Source: Octopus sinensis
Taxonomy: Eukaryota
Assembly (NCBI RefSeq): GCF_006345805.1
Contig: NC_043023.1
Location: 19,220,001-19,284,000, forward strand
Direction: 5' to 3'
Length of the DNA: 64,000 nucleotides
Shown here: one piece after another, positions 12,366 through 25,320 of the stretch
How positions within the stretch are numbered: the stretch's first letter is position 1
How the letters are laid out: each line of letters begins with the position of its first letter
Position numbers and translations under genes: made by a program
Notes under the pieces: generated by a model
The model's input: the letters and a program-made list of their open reading frames with translations, nothing else
Databases searched by the model: none
What the model was told of the DNA's origin: nothing

Positions 12366-13538
12366 TACTCTTTTACTTGTTTCAGTCATTTGACTGCAGC
12401 CATGCTGGAGCACCGCCTTTAATCGACCAACTCGACCCCAGGACTTATTCTTTTTGTAAGCCCAGTACTTATTCTATCGGTCTCTTTTGCCGAACCGCTA
12501 AGTGACGGGGATGTAAACACACCAGCATCGGTTGTCAAGCAATGCTAGGGGGACAAACATATATATATATATGTGTGTGTGTGTTTGTCCCCCTAGCATT
12601 GCTTGACAACCGATGCTGGTGTGTTTACATCCCCGTCACTTAGCGGTTCGGCAAAAGAGACCGATAGAATAAGTACTGGGCTTACAAAAAGAATAAGTCC
12701 CGGGGTCGAGTTGGTCAATTAAAGGCGGTGCTCCAGCATGGCTGCAGTCAAATGACTGAAACAAGTAAAAGAGTATACAAGGGGCTGTGGGAAAGTTCCT
12801 GGCTTTGAGTAAAAGAAAATACTCAATAATCAGTTGATTATGACTTCATTCAATATATTCCCCTCTCAGTTTCAAACGCTTATTGCAGTGGTCCTTCAGT
12901 TTTTCTAAGCCCTTTAAAACAACTAGGAATGTTTGGCCTCCAACCAGGCCTTTCGCAATAACCTCAAAGCCAGGAACTTTTCAGCACCTCCTCATGTATG
13001 TATGTATGTATGTATATATATATATATATAGATAGATACATTAGTTTTTCTAAATTGCATTTTTCCCTGTAAGTTTGGAATAATATTCCCTCATATAATA
13101 TATATATATATGATTAATCCGCCAAAATTGTGAGGATGAATCCGGTTCTTGACTAAAGATAAAAGGCTTCGAATGACCCATCCGTGTATTTTTTGTAATG
13201 TCTATCTGGATGTTTTGTTGTCCCTTTTTGTATCACCTAGTTGTCCGGATGTTTTGTGTTCTTGTCCCATTTTGTATTTTATTTTATATATATATCATCA
13301 TCATCATATATATATATGTATGTATTGTGGTTTCGATTCCTGGGCCGGGTGACGCGTTATGTTCTTGAGCAAAACACTTCATTTCACGTTGCTCCAGTCC
13401 ACTCAGCTGGCAAAAGTGAGTAATGCTGTGATGGACTGGCGTCCCGTCCAGCTGGAAAACGCATACACCGTTGAAACCAGGAAACCGAGCCCATGAGCCT
13501 GGCTAGGCTTTAAAAGGGCATGCATACATACATACATA

Positions 13539-13573
<35 letters not shown>

Positions 13574-13640
13574 ATATACATATATATATATACATATATA
13601 TCATCATATATATATATATACGTATGTATGTGTGTGTGTA

Positions 13641-13678
<38 letters not shown>

Positions 13679-14778
13679 AGTATGCATGTGTGTATATATA
13701 TATCCCTCTCTCTCTTTCAGAGAGGCACTGAGCAGCTACACGCACACATACACACATGGCAGTAGCTCCCACCTACCGAATTCAATCACAAAGCTTCGGT
13801 TGGCTCGGGGCTATAGCGGAAGACACCTGCCCAAAGTGCCACGAGGTGGGACTGAACCCGAAACCATGCAGCTAGGAAGCAAACTCCCTAACCACACAGC
13901 CATGCCCACGCCATCATATATATATATATGTGTGTGTTTGTGTGTATGTATATATATATATACTTTTTAATTTCAATGGAGGCAATGCAGGCAGAAACTA
14001 GAGGAACATAATTAATAACCACACTTGAAAATCAAATATATTCATATATTCTTCCACATTTACAAAACAGATATATAAATTCCAAATATATAAATATAAA
14101 AATATATATAAACAACGACGATGATGATACATATATACATACATACATATATACATACATACATATATATATACATACATATATACATACATACACACAT
14201 ACATACATACATATATACATACATACACACATACATAAATACATACATACACACTTACATACAATACATACATACATACATACACACACACATACATACA
14301 TACACACATACATACATACAATACATACATACATACATGCATATATACATACACAAATACACACATACACGCATACATACAATACTTACACACATACATA
14401 TAATACATACATACATACACACATACACACATACATACACACATACATACAATACATACATACAATACATACATACACTACATACATACAATACATACAT
14501 ACATACAATGGGCTTCTTTCTGTTTCCATCTACCAAATCTACTCAGAAGACTTAGATCAGCCCAGGGTTACAGCAGAAGACATTTGCTCAAGGTGCCCCA
14601 CAGCAGGACTGAACCAAGAACCATGTGGCTGGGGAACAACCTTCTTAACCACACACCAATTAATTACTAATTTCAACAAAAAAATACCGAATTCCTTAAT
14701 TTGGCAATTAGGAACAAACGACTAAATTCCTTTGTTACTACAGAAGTAGAAAATAAAAAAATAAAAAGCGCCACCTAC

Positions 14779-14923
14779 CTGTATAGTCAGCAGTTATTTG
14801 TTGAGTATGAGGTAAATCGGTCTCTGTTTGGGATTCGGTTGGCACTTCCAACATGGCCATCACTGCAGAAGCCTGTAGAACCAACTGCATCAGATGCATC
14901 GTGGCACCTGTGTTGATCTTCAT
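14779..14923 (-). CDS. SRCR-domain protein, coding exon 1 (putative signal peptide plus linker; MKINTGATMHLMQLVLQASAVMAMLEVPTESQTETDLPHTQQITADYT-G)
   Basis: ATG at 14923, hydrophobic N-terminal stretch, ends ACA G|GTAGGT (phase 1). Joins exon 12004 (|GG ACA) to give Gly in frame. Confidence 0.7.
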
Positions 14924-14995
14924 TTTCTTTGCTTCAAACAGTTTTGTTCTTGTTCTTCTTCTTAAGATGATGTCAGCAATGATGAAGATACCAGC

Positions 14996-15044
<49 letters not shown>

Positions 15045-15975
15045 TTCCTTTCTTGTCTTTTTCAAGGATTTTTTTTTTTCCTGTTTTTGTTTTTCAGGAG
15101 AGAAGGGGAGGAAGAAAACAATCAAAGCACACACAAACAAATATGAATCACCCTCGGAAGACAGGATCTCTTAAGCAAGTCTTTCAACTTCACCCGCCTC
15201 TTAAAACGTAAATTTCATTCACTAACCACTACTGACCAAAAACAACCAAGAAAAATCCCCCTGAAAATACAAGTTGTTAAAGGGAGAGAGAGATGGAGAC
15301 TGAGAGGAAGTAAGAGTCCTGACCCCTACCAGATAAAATTTTTTACAATATGGATATAAAAGAAATTCAGACCCCTACAAAATTCGCTCACACTTTCTTT
15401 CTCGTTTTCTTTCGTCTGTCTCCTGAGGTTGGGACATTGGCAGTAGAGCAAACCTTTGGTTCTTCGTATCTCTGTCCAACTGTGTCTCTTCACTTGCGGC
15501 TCCTACTTGATTCCAAAGTTCTTTAATTCATCAATATTAATATACGATTGTCTGTTTGTCTGTCCCTGTGCACGAGTATATATATGTATGTATGTATGTA
15601 TGAAAGGATGTATAAACTCAACCAGCACAATCAAAGAATCAGCGAAGACCCAGCCAGTTTGACTATGCACACATCTGTATACACACTCATATGCATATAT
15701 ATATAAATAAATATATATATATATACACTCACTCACAAATGTACTCGCATACACTTTGCAAGAAGTCCCTAATTACAGGTAGATGTGTAGAGGAGGGTCT
15801 ACAGTAATTAAAACAGAGGCTTTTTATAATTATTAATTAACTGCCTCACTCTCTTCATACAGATAAAGAGACAGACAGACTGACAGACACACAGACATGG
15901 ATAGGTAAGTAATTGCCTTTACATATGCCCTCCTGTTTCTCTCACTCTCTCTGTGTATATAATATTATATGTATA

Positions 15976-16020
<45 letters not shown>

Positions 16021-16304
16021 GCTCACACACTCTCTCTCTCTCTCTCCTTTTGTATGGTGACTTTCTCTAAGTGCCCTTCGCTTTCTCTCTCAGACTATCT
16101 CAGTAGCAGAACCATTTCATCAAACCTAATCCCTTATTCAGTCGTCACAGGTTCAATTCCAGCCAGAGACGTATCTATATTCAAACACTTCTTGACAGCA
16201 CACTGTATTCTAAATGTCGCCGCTCCAAAGGTGCCCTTCCACCCTGTCTTCTCTCTATCTCTCTAAGTGTCTCTCTCTCTCTCTGGTCAGTCTTCACCTT
16301 GCAG

Positions 16305-16390
16305 GTTCGACTGAATTGCGCGCGCGGGCCATTTGGTATATAAACTGCAGTCATGTGATGTCATATGACTGCTGCTCGACCAATCAGAGT
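16305..16390 (-). promoter_or_regulatory. Candidate core promoter of the SRCR gene
   Basis: Minus strand: CCAAT box about -70, TGACATCA within a gcagtcat...atgactgc palindrome, TATA-like TTTATATA at about -30, TCAGTC initiator with A at 16312, CpG run gcgcgcgc. About 1.4 kb upstream of the ATG. Confidence 0.45.
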
Positions 16391-16489
16391 CCTTATCTGC
16401 TGTGACACATTGTTCTCTTTTTCTATGGCCCTGAAATTCTTCATCTGTCTCGATGTGCAATATATGTGAATATAGATAAATACACACAC

Positions 16490-16493
16490 ACAC

Positions 16494-16532
<39 letters not shown>

Positions 16533-17982
16533 CGTATGTACGTATGTATGTATGTATGTCTATAGGCACTCATAGATTTCTGTGTGTGTGTGAATGTAGG
16601 TAAATCTATCTATCTATCTATCCATATATATATATATATATGTATGTATGTATGTACACATACATAGATTTCTGTGTGTGTAGGTAAATCTATGTATCTA
16701 TCTATCTATCTATCCATATATATGTATGTACGTACGTATGTATGTATGTTTGTATGTATATACGCACACATAGATTTCTCTGTGTGTGTGTGAGTGTAGG
16801 TAAATCTATCTATCCATATATATATACGTATGTATGTATGTATACACATATAGATTTCTGTGTGTGTGTGAGTGTAGGTAAATCTATCTCTATTCATATA
16901 TATATATATGTATGTATGTATGCATGTATGTATACACACACATATAGATTTCTGTGTGTATGTGAGTGTAGGTAAACCTATCTATCCGTATGTATGTATG
17001 CATGCAAATACAGATACAAATCAGTGTGTGTGTGTATTCTTTTACTTGTTTCAGTCATTTGACTGTGGCCATGCTGGAGCACTGCCTTTTAGTCAAAGAA
17101 ACCAGGACCCCAGGACTTATTCTTTGTAAGCCTGGTACTTATTCTATCGGTCTCTTTTGATGATCTGCTAAGTTATGGGTTCATAAACACACCAACACGC
17201 ACACACAAATATATGTATATATATATATATAGCTATATATATATATATTTGCACGACGGGATTCTTTTAGTTTCTCTCTACCAAATCCGCTCACAAGGTT
17301 TTGGTTGGCCCAAAGCTGTAGCAGAAGACACTTGCTCAAGGTGCCATGCTGTGGGACAGAACCCAGAACCATGTAGTTGGAAAGCAAACTTCTTACCACA
17401 CAATTATGTCTGCACCTATACACACACATATACATACATACACATATACACAAACTTACACACACATACATATATACATACACATACACACACATATATA
17501 TATATACATACATATATACACACACATATACATACATACATATACACACATACATATACACACACTTACACACACACACATACATATATACGTACATACA
17601 TACAAACACACATATATATGTATATACATATACACACACATATACGTACATGCACATATACAAACTTACACACACACATACATATATACGTACATACATA
17701 CACACACACACATATATATGTATATATACATATACACACACACACACTTACACACACACATACATATATACGTACATACATACACACACATACATATATA
17801 CGTACATACATACACGCACACACACATATATACATCTATATGTATGCATATGCAAATATATATATGTATATATATATATATATATACACGTATATATATA
17901 TATATATATACGTATATATATATATATGTATGTATATATATATGTATATATATATATATGTATGTATATATATATGTAATAT

Positions 17983-18016
<34 letters not shown>

Positions 18017-18322
18017 GATATATATATATTATATAGATATACGTTATATATTATATATATATATATATAGATATATATATGTAGATATATATATATACGT
18101 ATATATATATATATATATATAATATATATATATATGTAGATCTATATGTATATATATACGTATATATATATATATATGTATATATTATGTATATATATAT
18201 GTATATCTATATATGTATATATATATATATATATCTATATATAGTAGATATATATGTATATATATCGTATATATATCTATATACATGTATATATATATAG
18301 GTATATATATATGTATATATGT

Positions 18323-18353
<31 letters not shown>

Positions 18354-18360
18354 TATATAT
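16490..18360. repeat. (TA)n/(CA)n/(TACA)n compound microsatellite field including a ~65-bp higher-order unit (16565-16990). Similar fields at 13520-14500, 42660-43245, 47040-47360, 52760-53180
   Basis: Direct reading. Confidence 0.95.
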
Positions 18361-19453
18361 TATACAGGAGCAGTCCGTCGTTTACGACGACGAGGGTCCC
18401 AGCTGATACGATCAACAGAACAGCTTGCTCCTGTAATGAACGTGCAAGTGGCTGAGCACTCCACGGACATGGGTACCCTTAACGTAGTTCTCAGGGAGAT
18501 TAAGTGTGACACAAAGTGTGACAAGGCTGGCCCTTTTGAATTACTGGTACTACTCATTTTCGCCAGCTGAGTGGCATATATGTATATATGTAGATATGTG
18601 TCCCTTTCTGTCTAAGGGCATAGGTTCGAAACGTAAAAGACTTTCTCACTTCCCAAGCGTTAAACTAATACATTTGTCTGTTGTTTACACACCTGCCATC
18701 GTCTTTTGTTTTTGTTTATTTTTTTGTAAATTCCAAATATATTCTTTTATTCTTTTACCTGTTTCAGTAATTTGACTGCCGCCATGTGGTAACACCACTT
18801 TATAGGGTGTCAGTCAAAGAAATTGAACTCAGGACTTATTCTTTGTAATCCTAGTACTTATTTTATCAATATCTTTTGCTGAATCGCTAAGTTACAGTGA
18901 CATAAACACACCAGCAATGGCTATGAAGCAATGGCAGGGGAACAAACACAGACACACACAAATATATATATCATCATCATCATCATCACATCATCATTTA
19001 ACGTCCGCTTTCCATGCTAGCATGGGTTGGACGGTTCAACTGGGGTCTGGGGAGCCCGAAGGCTGCACCAGGCCAGTCAGATCTGGCAGTGTTTCTACAG
19101 CTGGATGCCCTTCCTAACGCCAACCACTCCGAGAGTGTGGTGGGTGATTTTATGTGCCACCGACACAGGTGCCAGACGAGGCTGGCGAACGGCCACGCTC
19201 GGATGGTGTTTTTATGTGCCACCTACACAGGTGCCAGACGAAGCTGGCGAACGGCCTCGCTCGGATGGTGTTTTTATGTGCCACCGACAACAGAGGCCAG
19301 ACAAGGCTAGCGGCGACCACGCTCGGATGGTGTTTTTATGTGCCACCGACACAGGTGCCAGACGAGGCTGGCGAACGGCCACGCTCGGATGGTGTTTTTA
19401 TGTGCCACCTACACAGGTGCCAGACGAAGCTGGCGAACGCCGCTCGGATGGTG

Positions 19454-19553
19454 NNNNNNNNNNNNNNNNNNNNNNNNNNNNNNNNNNNNNNNNNNNNNNN
19501 NNNNNNNNNNNNNNNNNNNNNNNNNNNNNNNNNNNNNNNNNNNNNNNNNNNNN
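19454..19553. other. Scaffold gap (100 N)
   Basis: Run of exactly 100 n; placeholder of unknown true size. Confidence 1.
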
Positions 19554-19875
19554 AGTGTGATAACGGTGGTCTATTCATCTTGTAAGTGGTATTCTTTTCA
19601 AGTTCTATAAAATCATATTGTTCATTGCCAATAACCATTGCTTGTAATTCACGGGGATGCAGTAATTCCAAAGCTTTGCTCCTGCACACTTTAGAAAAGC
19701 CTTCACTGAAAGCCAGGAATTCTTTCTCAACAGATTTATTGAAGATGTAGTCCACGTAAGCGTCAACAAATTCTTTTCTATTTGATTTATTTACAACTTT
19801 CTTTGCGCCGCCAGGAACCAATTCAACATTTTTCACTTTCTCAAAACTTTCCACTGATATCTCAAATGTAAGCAA
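19554..19875 (-). pseudogene. HECT E3 ligase fragment (HERC3/HERC4-like), uninterrupted, with degraded flanks
   Basis: LTFEISVESF...VELVPGG...VNKSNRKEFVDAYVDYIFNKSVEKEFLAFSEGF.KVC...LELLHPRELQAMVIGNEQYDFIELEKNTTYK. Frame is lost upstream and at the gap-side end. Confidence 0.65.
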
Positions 19876-21289
19876 AGACTCAAATTTGACACTGAATTAT
19901 TGGAAGTCCACCTGAGATTGTCGATCAAGACAAGAAGAAGAACGATTGTAGGGCGGTTTTTTTGACTATTTATAAAATTTTATGTATTGATTAAGTCTTT
20001 CCTTGTTTGTTTTGCAAAATAGTGGTTTTGTCTCGAATAATATTTTATATATATATATATATATATATGTATATGTATGTATGTATATGTGTGTGTGTGT
20101 GTGTGTCTATATATATATCACTGATCACCGTGACCGACCAGGCTATCAGATGTGGCTACACATCGCTGGTCACAATGCGATTCGCACTGTTTTTTTAGCC
20201 TTCAAATGACGCCAGCCCGCTGGCTAAGCGAGCAGGCCAACAGAAGAGAGAGTGGGAGAAAGAGAGGTGAAAGAGTGCAGCAGGGATCACCACCCCTTGC
20301 CGGAGCCTGGTGGAGCTTTTAGGTATTTTCGCTCAATAAACACTCACAACGCCCAGTCTGGGAATCGAAACCATGATCCTACGACCGTGAGTCCGCTTCC
20401 ACATATATATAAATATATGTATATATATATATATATACCCTTGTATACATAAATATGAAGGTAAAACGAATACAAACACCCAAAGTAATCTAGTCTTCAT
20501 GACCTCATACATCAAGAAAATTACAGAGTATTCTATTCACGAAGTGACAGAGTGAAGGCAGAGGTTGACAAAAAGTCACATTTTTTATACAAATCCTCCA
20601 ACGAAATGACCCTTAGCCTGGCTTCCGTCCAGGAAACAGCTGCTTCTCATAGCTTTTAAATTATTATATGAATGGATATTAAACTAGCCACGTGAAATAG
20701 AAGAACCATGGTGCCTGTCTCTCTTGTGAGCGTATGCAATAAATTTGATCGCCGTATAGCAAGTCACAAACTGCGGGGCCTCTACACAGTAAGAAGACTA
20801 ATTTCAGTGCATAAATGGCTTCTTAACAACATTTGTTGCTATATTTCTTTAGAAAGGGCTCCTTAGCCGTAGTGAAGGCAATCTATCTAGGGAGATAACC
20901 TTACAATAAATCACTGGGTCCGTAGCTTAGAAATACTGGGTTGACGTCCAGCGGGAACAGCTTTGTTTCATGGAGGAGGAAAGATCTTCTTTAGTACTTG
21001 GTTGTACAATGCTTTCCAATGTGTGTAGTAGTGGCGCGCGCACACATTATTAGCCATTTGAAAAGACTATGAAAGTCTCGACCACGGTCGAACAATGATG
21101 ATGATGATCTTTAGAAATACACTGGCTTTGTTTCAGTTCATTTTGGTCATTACTAACAAGCTGTTTGGAACATAAATACTCGTTTCAAATTTTGGTGCAA
21201 GGCTAAGTAATTCCGGGGAGAGGCTAAGTCGATTACATCAACCCCAGTGCATAACTGGTACTATTGTATCATATTGTATCAGAAAGGCG

Positions 21290-21890
21290 ACGAGCTGGCA
21301 GAATCGTTAGCATGCCGGGCAAAATGCTTAGCGGTATTTCGTCTGCTGCTATGTTCTGAGTTCAAATTCCACCGAGGTCGACTTTGCCTTTTCTCCTTTC
21401 GAGGTCAATTAAATAAGTACCAGTTATGCACTGGGGTCAATGTAATCGACTTAATCCGTTTGTCTGTCCTTGTTTGTCCTCTCTGTGTTTAGCCCCTTGT
21501 GGGTAGTAAAGAAATAGGTATTTCGTCTGCCGCTACATTCTGAGTTCAAATTCCGCCGAGGTCGACTTTGCCTTTCATCCTTTCGGGGTCGATTAAACAA
21601 GTGCCAGTTACGCACTGAGATCGATATAATCCACTTAATCAGTTTTTCTGTCCTTGTTTGTCCCCTCTGTGTTTTGCCCCTTATGGATAGTAAAGAAATA
21701 GGTATTTCGTCTGTCTTTACATTCTGAGTTCAAATTCCACCAAGGTCGACTTTGCCTTTCATCCTCTTGGGGTCGATTAAATAAGTACCAGTTACGCACC
21801 TGGGGTCGATGTAATCGACTTAATCCGTTTGTCTGTCCTTGTTTGTCTCCTCTGTGTTTAGCCACTTGTGGGTAGTAAAGAAATAGGTAC
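21290..21890 (+). mobile_element. Third SINE family, tandem cluster. Others: 10150-10350 +, 37745-37975 -, 40438-40625 +, 58430-58840 -, 62278-62505 -
   Basis: ggcgagctggcagaaacgttagcacgccgggc...gttcaaattccgccgaggtcgactttgcctttcatcctttcggggtcgataaattaagtaccag. The central part resembles the Meta-SINE domain as I recall it (unverified). Confidence 0.75.
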
Positions 21891-22394
21891 TTATTGTATC
21901 ATCCTTGAGAAGATGGAAAGCAAAGTCCACCTCGGTGGCATTTTAACTCAGAAATGCAGCTTGATCTGAATTTATGTGTTGAAACAAATCTTTGTGTCAT
22001 GGGTGGGTCATGACACCAATAATGACACACACACTGGTTCAATATCACTTCTTCATTGCTGATCAACTGGTTAAATATCCAACCAACTAACTAATCAACC
22101 ATTTGTTTAATGTGCTCATTAAACAATTAATTGGTTGTTTGTTTGTCAAAGACCTTTCGTCACAACCAGTGATGGTTTGTTAACATCCTTGTGACTTAGC
22201 AGTTCAACAAAAGAACTTGACAGAATAAGGGCCAGACTTTAAAAAAATACAAAGTACTATGGTCAATTTGTTTGCCTCAAACCCTTCAAGGGGTGCCCCA
22301 GCATGGCCACAGTCCAATGACTGAAACAAGTAAACGATAAAAAACCAAAAAAAACAAACGATGTATCCATTCTGCTCTGGCCCTTTCTCTTGTC

Positions 22395-22545
22395 CCCCAC
22401 TTCCCTGTACATTTGACGGATATTTGTCCTCATCTTGTTTGTTGTTAACACAACATTTCGGCTGATATACCCTCCAGCCTTCATCAGGTGTCTTGGGGGA
22501 ATTTTGAACCTGGGTTCTCATTCGTAAGGTATTTTTCGATGTTAT
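22395..22545 (-). mobile_element. Penelope-like pLTR fragment
   Basis: atttgtcctcatcttgtttgttgttaacac...ccttcatcaggtgtcttgggg...gggttctcattc, shared with 23455-23670 and 23745-23945. Confidence 0.6.
22447..22492 (-). ncRNA. Minimal type-I hammerhead variant (GAAAUGUU)
   Basis: Same pLTR family as 23484 and 23821, with a C-to-T change in stem III. Confidence 0.55.
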
Positions 22546-22729
22546 TTTTCTAGCTTACAATACTCCTTCCTCCCTTGGGGTCCAGAGTGGGCTGGGTGCT
22601 GCTAAGGCCTCAGAATGCCAGACACATGCTGGGTGGCACAACAGTGTTCCAGGTGTTGACGCATTTAGCACTGCGTGTGTGTGTCTGGGTGTAGACGTCC
22701 GTGCAGTGGAACCCCAAATTGCCCGGGCA

Positions 22730-22810
22730 AATCAAAACCAACCTGTTCATTGCAACTCTCGGACCAGTGCTGTTATATGGCAGTGAAACATAGACCACTG
22801 GCAAACAAAT
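22730..22810 (+). mobile_element. LINE RT C-terminal remnant (RTE-like)
   Basis: KTNLFIATLGPVLLYGSET*T matches the LLYGSETWT motif. Confidence 0.5.
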
Positions 22811-23483
22811 TATCAAATGGGCCACACAAGGATTCTGGACTTTTGGTGGAATTTGACCACAGGACATAATGCCAGGAAGAAATGCCAAAAAGCATTTTCT
22901 CTGGTGCTTTACCAATTCTACCAACCTTCATAATCATCATCGTTTAACGTCCGTTCTCCATGCTGGCATGGGTTGGACGGTTCGACCGGGGATCTGGGAA
23001 GCCAGAAGGCTGCACCAGGCTCCAGTCTGATCTGGCAATGTTTCTACGGCAGGATGCCCTTCCTAATGCAAACCACTCCGTGAGTGTAGTGGGTGCTTTT
23101 TATGAGCCACCGGCACAGGGGCCAGGCGAGGCTGGCAACGGCCACGATCGGCTGGTGCTTTTTACGTGCCACCAGCACGGAAGCCAGTCTAGGCGGCGCT
23201 GTCATCGGCCATCAATAACAATAATAATAATGTTTCCTTTCATTTGTTATGGGGTCATAGATGAGGTGAACACCACAGGGAGAGATTATAGAGATTTACA
23301 TAAAAGCTGACAGAAGAGAAAGGGAAAAAAGACGGTGAAATGCAATAAAAGTATACACAGAGTACAAAGCATGTGATAACATAAATGATGTACCTTATTT
23401 ACATTATTTACGTTATTTACATTATTTACGTTATTTACACTATTTACATTTGACTGATATTTGTCCTCATCTTGTTTGTTGTT

Positions 23484-23529
23484 AACACAACGTTTCGGCT
23501 GATATACCCTCCAGCCTTCATCAGGTGTC
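23484..23529 (-). ncRNA. Minimal type-I hammerhead (Penelope pLTR type)
   Basis: Minus strand GACAC-CTGATGA-A-GGCTG gagggtatat CAGCC-GAAAC-GTT-GTGTT. Confidence 0.65.
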
Positions 23530-23576
23530 TTGGGGGAATTTCGAACTTGGGTTCTCATTCTTAAGGTAGTTTTCAA

Positions 23577-23615
<39 letters not shown>

Positions 23616-23634
23616 CATTATTATTATTATCATT

Positions 23635-23669
<35 letters not shown>

Positions 23670-23820
23670 TCAGGTCACTGCCTGAAATCGAACTCGGAAT
23701 CATGAGGTTAAGGGCCCGCGCTCTTAACCACAAGATTCCAGGCAGCAACCTGAATAACAACAACAACAACAACATCAAAAAATACCTTAGGAATAAGAAC
23801 CAGGTTCGAAATTCCCCCAA

Positions 23821-23866
23821 GGCACCTGATGAAGGCTGGAGGGTATATCGGCCGAAACGTTGTGTT
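23821..23866 (+). ncRNA. Minimal type-I hammerhead (Penelope pLTR type)
   Basis: GGCAC-CTGATGA-A-GGCTG gagggtatat CGGCC-GAAAC-GTT-GTGTT. Stem I GGCAC/GTGTT; stem III reduced to palindromic ACGU. Confidence 0.65.
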
Positions 23867-24086
23867 AACAACAAACAAGATGAGGACAAATATCCGTCAA
23901 ATGTAAATAATGTAAATAATGTACATAATTCCTCATCTCTTAAATATAGAACTGTATTATAAATGAGGCAGTCCTCCTTGATACAGGAAAAACTCTGACT
24001 AGGGCCAATCAAGGAACTCCAAGGGATACAAGACTACCGCTAAGCATTTCACCCGGCGTGCTAACGATTCTGCCAGCTCCGCCGCC

Positions 24087-24131
<45 letters not shown>

Positions 24132-24939
24132 GCCTTTATGCAGTACCAGGCAGTGGCTTTGATGGTTTTTGGTCCTAACTGATTGGAAGTATTATCATGT
24201 ACATTGTTTTGTCAGCAAATATTCTGCACAATACCACAAATTTGCATATCTGTTGGTTGACCTTAACCAGCTGAACATGTCCCTCAGTGGCTGACGATAT
24301 GTGCATCTCTGATCACGAGCAGAAGTAGTGGGGGAGCATCAAAGCCATGTGTTGAGAGAGATTCTTTGGGGTTTAAAATAATTCACCTCTGGAAAATATG
24401 GGTGTTTTGTTCATCATCTTTAAACAAACCTTATTCAGGGAACTTTTGATAGGAACGGACTACTCAATCTGAAGAAAATTCTAACTGGGCCCCACCTGCA
24501 AGGTCATGCGCTGTTTATCTTGATAGGAAATCATGTCGCGTACATATGATTGTGATGCATGTGCCTAGTGTACCCTTATCAGACGGGTAGTCATGATGGA
24601 CATAAAGGGCTTCGTATATTTGTACCCTAGTGTCACTTTGATGGCATGTGCTGCTCTCTCACTCAATAATAATAATATTAATTTATACAATAGGCACAAG
24701 ACCTATAAAGGAGTGGAGTAAGTCGATTATATCGACCCCAGTATTGAACGACTCCCAAAATGATGCAAGATAGACCTCGATGGAATAATTATAATACTAG
24801 AAAACATAAACGGAACGAGTATCGCAAACACAGACGTATACCCAGCTTCAGAACAGTTTCCAAGTGGAATAATCAACGTAGCTTTTGCATGAGGCAGATA
24901 AATGGATAAATAAATAAATACATAATCAAAAATAGACAG

Positions 24940-25320
24940 ATACCTGAAGAAGAAGAAGAAGAAGAAGAAGAAGAAGAAGAAGAAGAAGAAAAACAACAAC
25001 GAACGGGAAGAAGAAGGAAAAGAAGAAGGAAAAAGAAGAAAAACAACAACAACGAACGGGAAGAAGAAGGAAAAGAAGGAAAAAGAAGAACAACAACAAC
25101 GAACGGGGAAAAGAAGGAAAAGATAGAAGAAGAAGAAGAAGAAGGAAAAGATAGAAGAAGAAGAAGAAGAAGAAGAAGAACAACAACAACAACAACGAAC
25201 GGGAAGAAGAAGGAGAAGAAAGAAGAAGAAAAACAACAACAACAACAACAACAACAACGAACGGGAAGAAGAAGGAGAAGAAAGAAGAAGAAGAAGAAGA
25301 AGGAGGAAGAAGGCATAGGA
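24940..25320. repeat. (GAA)n/(CAA)n compound repeat with a higher-order unit containing cgaacggg
   Basis: Direct reading. Confidence 0.9.

Larger units (their letters stand above)
23455..23945. mobile_element. Inverted pair of Penelope-like pLTR copies separated by (ATT)n/(AAC)n and a short spacer
   Basis: 23455-23670 is the reverse complement of 23745-23945 apart from scattered substitutions and repeat length. Confidence 0.65.

Noticed and set aside
14924-15050. Upstream in-frame hydrophobic stretch (IIII AGIFIIADIIL RRR) as a type-II transmembrane segment
   Set aside because: It depends on the (AAT)n repeat and lacks an upstream ATG or a good acceptor; the signal-peptide start at 14923 is simpler.
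15895-15915. Strong + strand donor gatag|gtaagt
   Set aside because: No upstream exon or open frame; expected by chance.
17181-18070. HTHIY/VCVY ORFs (also 13998-14555, 42642-43530, 47059-47527, 52626-53249)
   Set aside because: TA/CA repeat translations with no splice or domain support.
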